DNA from: a virus
DNA length: 64,000 nt
IMG/VR virus record: IMGVR_UViG_3300044950_000375
Location: 1 to 64,000 of that record
Strand: one strand, 5' to 3'
The notes beneath the pieces were generated by a model, which searched no databases, had not been told where the DNA came from, and worked only from the letters and a program-made list of their open reading frames with translations. The position numbers and the translations under genes were made by a program. Below are positions 59,324 to 64,000 of the stretch, in pieces (within the stretch, counting starts at the first letter, position 1; every line of letters begins with the position of its first letter).

Positions 59324-61344
59324 TACCAGAACCCTCCGCCTGCCAGCAACGAACCATTGGCAAAAGATTTCAAACTAAATTGTTTGCTGACTTGATTGCG
59401 TGTTTGCATGGGCAATAGTGTTATTGAAATTTCCATCTTGGTCGGAACGTAAGTGCTGTTAATAGAAGTCTGATTGGTGACATTTTGATTGACCTGACTG
59501 GGACTAGGACGATTGGTTAAACTGCCGTTGCTCAATCCAGCATTGTTCAATCTGTCAAGAATAGCCACCACTGTGCCTAGCGATCCACCTATTGCAGGCC
59601 CAGATGATTGGTTTCTGCGATTTTCCATGTTCAGTCCAATGTTGTTAAATCCGTTGGCACGAATGTAATCCACATCAGTAGGCAAACTATATCCAAAAGT
59701 AGTGACCACACAAGGACTTTCGTTAAACTGATATTTTCCAAATCCACTGAGATATACCAAGGGCGGCGGGGTGCCAGCTTCGGCATCTTGGCCGTAAAAC
59801 ATTTTTGTCACAGATTTAAAAAAGTGTATCACTGCCAACAGGTACGCAGCTTCTCGAGTGTCTTGTGCAGTGAATGTGCCTTTGATAGTGATATTTTCTA
59901 CTGAACTATTTTGGTAAAAATATCCACGATAGTTGGAATGTGTGAGATCATAGTTTGCGTATTTGGCTTGATAACTGGTTTCAATTGCAGGAGTATATGG
60001 AAATACCACACCGTCAGTAGCAGCCAATGGTGCAAGTATTCCTGGTCCACCATTACCGGCAGGCACTTTGTAAAGATAATTGGCATTTGGTGCCAATCTT
60101 AATCGCACACGCCAGTCAGCTGCGGCAGGAGTATTCTGACGAGTTTGCAGTGTGCTTTGATTTTGTGCGTTATTGATCAATCCGCGTGTGACTGCGGCGT
60201 TGGCATTTACATCATCTTGATTCTGCACTACATTTGGTGTACCAAACTCAGCTTCATTCAATGCAGACAACGAAACTGGAGCAGGTGATGTAGTCGGTGG
60301 CGGCGTAAAGAGATCGGCAACACCATTTGTGTTGTCAACTGGCAGAGGAGTGGCTGACTCGGCAGCTATTTGCAAATCAGCAGCCTCTCGTGCTCTTGCA
60401 GCCGCCTCAAAGCCTGCATCTCCAGAATTGGCCAAATCAACTTCAGCAGCACGATCCAGTCTGGCATTAAAGGCAGCATCTGCATTTGCTTGTGCAATCT
60501 GTTCAGCATCACTTACATAGCCAGTATCTAAAGGAGATACCGGATTGGCCGATTCAGATGCTATACGCAAGTCAATAACTTCTTGAGCAGCTTGAGTAGC
60601 CGCCAATGCTTCGTCGCCATCAGCCGGCAACGGACTGGTGGCAGTTGCACGTATTGGGTTTGGTGTTGTTCCAAGTTGAATTTCAGTTTGTTGATTTATT
60701 GCTGGATCATCTCCAGCTGGGGCCTGCACCGGAGTGTTTATTGCGGTGGTTCCACTGGTCACAGTTTGTGTGGTAGTGGTAGTATTTGGTACTCTTATGA
60801 CCGAAGGTGTGCCTGGATCTTCAGCGGCTTGTTGTTGCAGATCCAATGCAGTTTTTTGATTCCGAAGTTCTGCTGCTTGTGCGTTTCTTGCTGCTTCTTC
60901 TTCTGGTGTCAGAAGCGGTAGGCCTTGACGTTTGCGAACAAAGTTGCTGGGATTATCTTTGTAGAACTGATTAATTTCAGCTTGTTTTGCACTTGCTTCA
61001 GCTGCGTATACTTGGCTTTCTGCTGTGGATGTTCTTGCGCCAGCAATAGTTGTAGTAGATCCGCCGCCGCTCACAGTTTCAGTGCTGGTTGTGGTATAAT
61101 TAATTGGTGTTTTGCTACCAACAGGTGCGTCAGCTTTTTCGGGATAGTCTACTTGTTTAATTACTTCTACATCTGATCTAGGGCCAGTGCCTATAACCAG
61201 TGCGCCCATTTGACCATTTGTGCCAAGGGCGTAATTACCAATGTCAGCATCTGTTATTCCAGCCTGTGCCAATGCGGCATCTTCGCTCAAGCCTTGTTGA
61301 CGAAGTTGATTAAATGTTGCTGCTTTATTTGGATCGTAGGCCAT
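59323..61344 (-). CDS. tail tube initiator / baseplate gp48-gp54-like protein with long low-complexity N-terminus
   Basis: C-terminal GVVFPYTP...THSNY...PPPLVYLSGFG...VPTKMEISITL; position at the head of the baseplate operon. Confidence 0.6.
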   Translation of the reverse strand: MAYDPNKAATFNQLRQQGLSEDAALAQAGITDADIGNYALGTNGQMGALVIGTGPRSDVEVIKQVDYPEKADAPVGSKTPINYTTTSTETVSGGGSTTTIAGARTSTAESQVYAAEASAKQAEINQFYKDNPSNFVRKRQGLPLLTPEEEAARNAQAAELRNQKTALDLQQQAAEDPGTPSVIRVPNTTTTTQTVTSGTTAINTPVQAPAGDDPAINQQTEIQLGTTPNPIRATATSPLPADGDEALAATQAAQEVIDLRIASESANPVSPLDTGYVSDAEQIAQANADAAFNARLDRAAEVDLANSGDAGFEAAARAREAADLQIAAESATPLPVDNTNGVADLFTPPPTTSPAPVSLSALNEAEFGTPNVVQNQDDVNANAAVTRGLINNAQNQSTLQTRQNTPAAADWRVRLRLAPNANYLYKVPAGNGGPGILAPLAATDGVVFPYTPAIETSYQAKYANYDLTHSNYRGYFYQNSSVENITIKGTFTAQDTREAAYLLAVIHFFKSVTKMFYGQDAEAGTPPPLVYLSGFGKYQFNESPCVVTTFGYSLPTDVDYIRANGFNNIGLNMENRRNQSSGPAIGGSLGTVVAILDRLNNAGLSNGSLTNRPSPSQVNQNVTNQTSINSTYVPTKMEISITLLPMQTRNQVSKQFSLKSFANGSLLAGGGFW

Positions 61345-61361
61345 GTCTGTTTCCTATAGCT

Positions 61362-61390
61362 TATTTACCGCTGACAAAAACGGCGCAGTT
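61362..61390 (-). promoter_or_regulatory. late promoter TAAATA with upstream AACTGCGCCG element
   Basis: Minus strand AACTGCGCCG-N13-TAAATA, upstream of the first baseplate gene. Confidence 0.65.
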
Positions 61391-61400
61391 TAACAAGAGG

Positions 61401-61428
61401 TTGACAATTGTTGTAAATATGCTACAAT
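61401..61428 (+). promoter_or_regulatory. sigma70-like promoter for the late sigma gene
   Basis: TTGACA (61401-06), 16 nt, TGn-TACAAT (61423-28); RBS TAAGGAG at 61434-40. Confidence 0.7.
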
Positions 61429-61453
61429 CCGATTAAGGAGACCTTGTCATACT

Positions 61454-62350
61454 ATGACTTTATTACCAAAAGCGGCACCTCGTGTCAATTATCTAAACAA
61501 CCGTGATATTTTGAAAGAAATACACCACAGCAAGAACACCTATTGCTGGTATCGTGATCCTGTACAGGACCATCAATTTGATTTGATCCTGCCCGGCCTG
61601 GACAAAATCAATCAACGCACTGTGGTTGAGGCAAGAAAAAATCGTGCTGATCGTATCAAACGCGAAACAGGCGAAGTAATTGATCAAAAGAAAATACCCA
61701 ACACTGACCTAGTTTTCAGGATCACCTGTTGGGATCACATCCCTAAGGCGCCTAAAAAAATTACCAAGGCCGAAGCCAAACGCAAAAAGCTAGAAGACAT
61801 TTTTGAACTAGATGATATTGCAGAAGATCCACTAGCAGACATTGTGGATGTGCCGGTGCTGGATCTAAATCATGTGCGAGTGAACTTTCCTCCGTTTGAA
61901 CAGTATAGATTGGATGAAGACAAAAAGCCTTACATTGTGGGCCGCTCACATTGGAAGGGCGATTTGGTCACAGGAGAGTTTTCCAAAGATCACGGCAACA
62001 TGACTCGCAAGTTGGCTATGATGTTTATGAAACTGTGCGAACGCTATGCCACTCGATCAAACTGGCGTGGCTACACCTACAACGAGGAAATGCGTGGACA
62101 AGCTCTTTTACAACTCAGTCAAATTGGACTGCAATTTGACGAATCTAAATCGCAAAACCCCTTTGCTTACTATACCGCTGCTATCACTAATAGCTTTACA
62201 CGGATTCTTAACATCGAAAAGAAAAATCAAAATATCAGAGATGACATCCTGGAAATGAACGGCTTGAACCCGTCATGGACTAGACAAAACTCCGGCAAAG
62301 CTGGTATGGCAGCCATGAGTGGTCCAGTGACCACCACATATGAAGAATGA
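61454..62350 (+). CDS. late-transcription sigma factor, T4 gp55-like
   Basis: NYLNNRDIL, NWRGYTYNEEM, FDESKSQNPFAYYT...NSFTRILNIEKK; lies upstream of a gp47-like gene as in T4-like phages. Confidence 0.85.
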   Translation: MTLLPKAAPRVNYLNNRDILKEIHHSKNTYCWYRDPVQDHQFDLILPGLDKINQRTVVEARKNRADRIKRETGEVIDQKKIPNTDLVFRITCWDHIPKAPKKITKAEAKRKKLEDIFELDDIAEDPLADIVDVPVLDLNHVRVNFPPFEQYRLDEDKKPYIVGRSHWKGDLVTGEFSKDHGNMTRKLAMMFMKLCERYATRSNWRGYTYNEEMRGQALLQLSQIGLQFDESKSQNPFAYYTAAITNSFTRILNIEKKNQNIRDDILEMNGLNPSWTRQNSGKAGMAAMSGPVTTTYEE

Positions 62351-63960
62351 CAGATATAGTAAAATCTTTCAAAGACAATTTGTTATCTCAGTATCAAATT
62401 GATTCGTTTGTTTTTATAGAAGATCTCGAATCTTCACCAAGCTCAACCTTGTATCAGACTTTAAAACCTCTGATACAAGAAGCGTATCAATCTCACTATA
62501 GATTTGTATTTTTTAACTTTAGACCTGTCGATATCAAAACATTAACACATGTCTATAACATCATAACATTTTTTGACATATCACCGTATTTTGTTTTGGT
62601 CATTACAAATCAATTAGCCACAAAAGAATATTTTGAAAATTTGCCAGAGCCTATCAGAGTAGATTACATTGACCAACAAATCAGTGATCATACTGAGATT
62701 GGTAGTGTGACTCCTCTGTTTAATAACAACTTCAAGATGTGTGCGTATGCTTGGAGTGGCATTCATGTCAATCCTTCGGGTACAACACAGATTTGTTGTC
62801 ATTACAACGATATCATTAAAGACAGCCAAGGCAAAGAATTTTCTATCAAAACACACAACATCAATGACATTGTCAACAGTGAGTATCTTGTTAATATCAG
62901 AAAACTGTTTAGAAATGGTATCACTCCTGTTGGTTGTAGAAAGTGTGAACAACAAGAGGCCACTGGTGGTGAAAGCAAACGAAGCCTTGCACCGTATAAG
63001 TTAAAAAATATATACGGTGATATAGATTGGGAGTCTGAAGTTAAGTTTCAATGGATCGGTGGACACTTAGGAAACTTGTGTAATCTAAAGTGTAGAATTT
63101 GTAACGAGAAATTCAGTTCGTCGATTGCTGCTGAAAAACTCAAACAGATACCTATTAGTGAAGTAAAATCACACCAAGTATATGCTACATTGAAAAACAA
63201 CAACTGGAACAAAGAAGATTCTGATTTTTGGGTGTCAGTAAGATCGTTGCCAACTCTTAAAAACTTTGAATGGCTTGGCGGAGAACCATTGCTTGTGAAT
63301 GCCAATATAAATTTTATGCAATATCTTCTAGACACAGATCAAAGTCAAGATTGCATTTTTGAATTTGTAACCAATGGCACACAATATCCTGACATTCTTG
63401 ATCAAGCTCATAAATTTAAAGAATTTTTTATAACAATCAGTATTGACAATATGGGCAAGATGTTTGAGCTTGAACGGTCGGGGGCCAATTGGCATGAAGT
63501 TGATACCAATCTTGGCAAATTTATCGCTTGTCAACAAAAAAATCCAAACGTAAAAATTGGTATCTCAATCACTGTTGGCATTCAAAATGTGTTGTATCTA
63601 CCAGAATTAATTACGTACCTCAATCACAAAAAAGTAAATCACTATTATCTGAATATGCTAACGCACCCCAGTTGGATGTCAATATTCAACCTAACACCAC
63701 AAGCAAAACAGTTGGCGTTAGCTCGATTGACCCAATCAAATTTGAACAACAAAGATATGGACAAGTTGATGTATATAATAAAAAATCTACAGAATTCCAG
63801 AATCAGCGACGGGTCAGAGTTTCGCAAAAACATGACCTTGTTGGATCAACTTCGGAATGAAAATTTTTCTGACACGCATAGAGAAATTGCTCAAGCTATG
63901 GGGTTTGAGTCATCAAACCATTGCTCAACACCTACTGAATCATATACAATTACACAATGA
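62347..63960 (+). CDS. radical SAM protein with N-terminal extension and Twitch/SPASM-like module (7)
   Basis: CAYAW...ICC...CRKC; CNLKCRIC; LGGEPL; VTNGT. Confidence 0.88.
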   Translation: MTDIVKSFKDNLLSQYQIDSFVFIEDLESSPSSTLYQTLKPLIQEAYQSHYRFVFFNFRPVDIKTLTHVYNIITFFDISPYFVLVITNQLATKEYFENLPEPIRVDYIDQQISDHTEIGSVTPLFNNNFKMCAYAWSGIHVNPSGTTQICCHYNDIIKDSQGKEFSIKTHNINDIVNSEYLVNIRKLFRNGITPVGCRKCEQQEATGGESKRSLAPYKLKNIYGDIDWESEVKFQWIGGHLGNLCNLKCRICNEKFSSSIAAEKLKQIPISEVKSHQVYATLKNNNWNKEDSDFWVSVRSLPTLKNFEWLGGEPLLVNANINFMQYLLDTDQSQDCIFEFVTNGTQYPDILDQAHKFKEFFITISIDNMGKMFELERSGANWHEVDTNLGKFIACQQKNPNVKIGISITVGIQNVLYLPELITYLNHKKVNHYYLNMLTHPSWMSIFNLTPQAKQLALARLTQSNLNNKDMDKLMYIIKNLQNSRISDGSEFRKNMTLLDQLRNENFSDTHREIAQAMGFESSNHCSTPTESYTITQ

Positions 63961-64000
63961 CTAATCTATTCCGCAAGGCCGCAATCTTCACTGACATACA
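63957..64000 (+). CDS. start of gp47/Mre11/SbcD-like recombination nuclease (truncated)
   Basis: MTNLFRKAAIFTDI(H) matches metallophosphoesterase motif I; synteny after the gp55-like gene. Confidence 0.65.
   Translation, partial: MTNLFRKAAIFTDI

Noticed and set aside
34306-60921. Many 60-190-aa plus-strand ORFs opposite the structural genes (e.g. 44819-45217, 54049-54471, 55987-56481)
   Set aside because: These are antisense shadows of long real genes with biased codon usage; no motifs or translation signals.
1-64000. Stop-codon reassignment: none of the called genes ends in TAG
   Set aside because: Genes up to 5022 codons are intact under the standard code with no in-frame TAG, so this is avoidance rather than evidence of recoding.
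1-64000. tRNA/rRNA genes, introns, inteins, transposases
   Set aside because: Intergenic gaps are too short and no such motifs or interrupted genes were seen. Not formally scanned.

Overview
This 64-kb window comes from a large, T4-like (myovirus/jumbo-type) bacteriophage genome with densely packed, often overlapping genes. It has three blocks. (1) 1-2.2 kb: hypothetical genes and ThyX. (2) 2.2-30.3 kb: a ~28-kb enzyme island of about 25 genes. It encodes six radical-SAM enzymes with an N-terminal Twitch/SPASM-like Cys module, four paralogous GT10/GT-B-like glycosyltransferases, GT-A/GT8-like transferases, a 1068-aa protein with eight novel ~66-aa repeats and an apparently inactive GT domain, two NDP-sugar epimerases (one GDP-mannose 3,5-epimerase-like), a DegT aminotransferase, an amidinotransferase, a carbamoyltransferase, a 2OG-Fe(II) oxygenase, two SGNH proteins and sulfotransferase-like proteins. 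(3) 30.3-61.3 kb: a minus-strand tail/baseplate module (fibre proteins, a 5022-aa giant virion protein, gp6-, gp25-, gp5-, gp53- and gp48/54-like genes). After it come a gp55-like late sigma factor, a seventh radical-SAM gene and the start of a gp47/Mre11-like nuclease. The best candidate for an undescribed system is the enzyme island. It looks like a phage-encoded pathway for a heavily tailored glycan (amino, guanidino, carbamoyl, acyl, sulfo), most plausibly decorating the adjacent virion proteins. All family assignments are from motif recognition by eye; no database searches were run.
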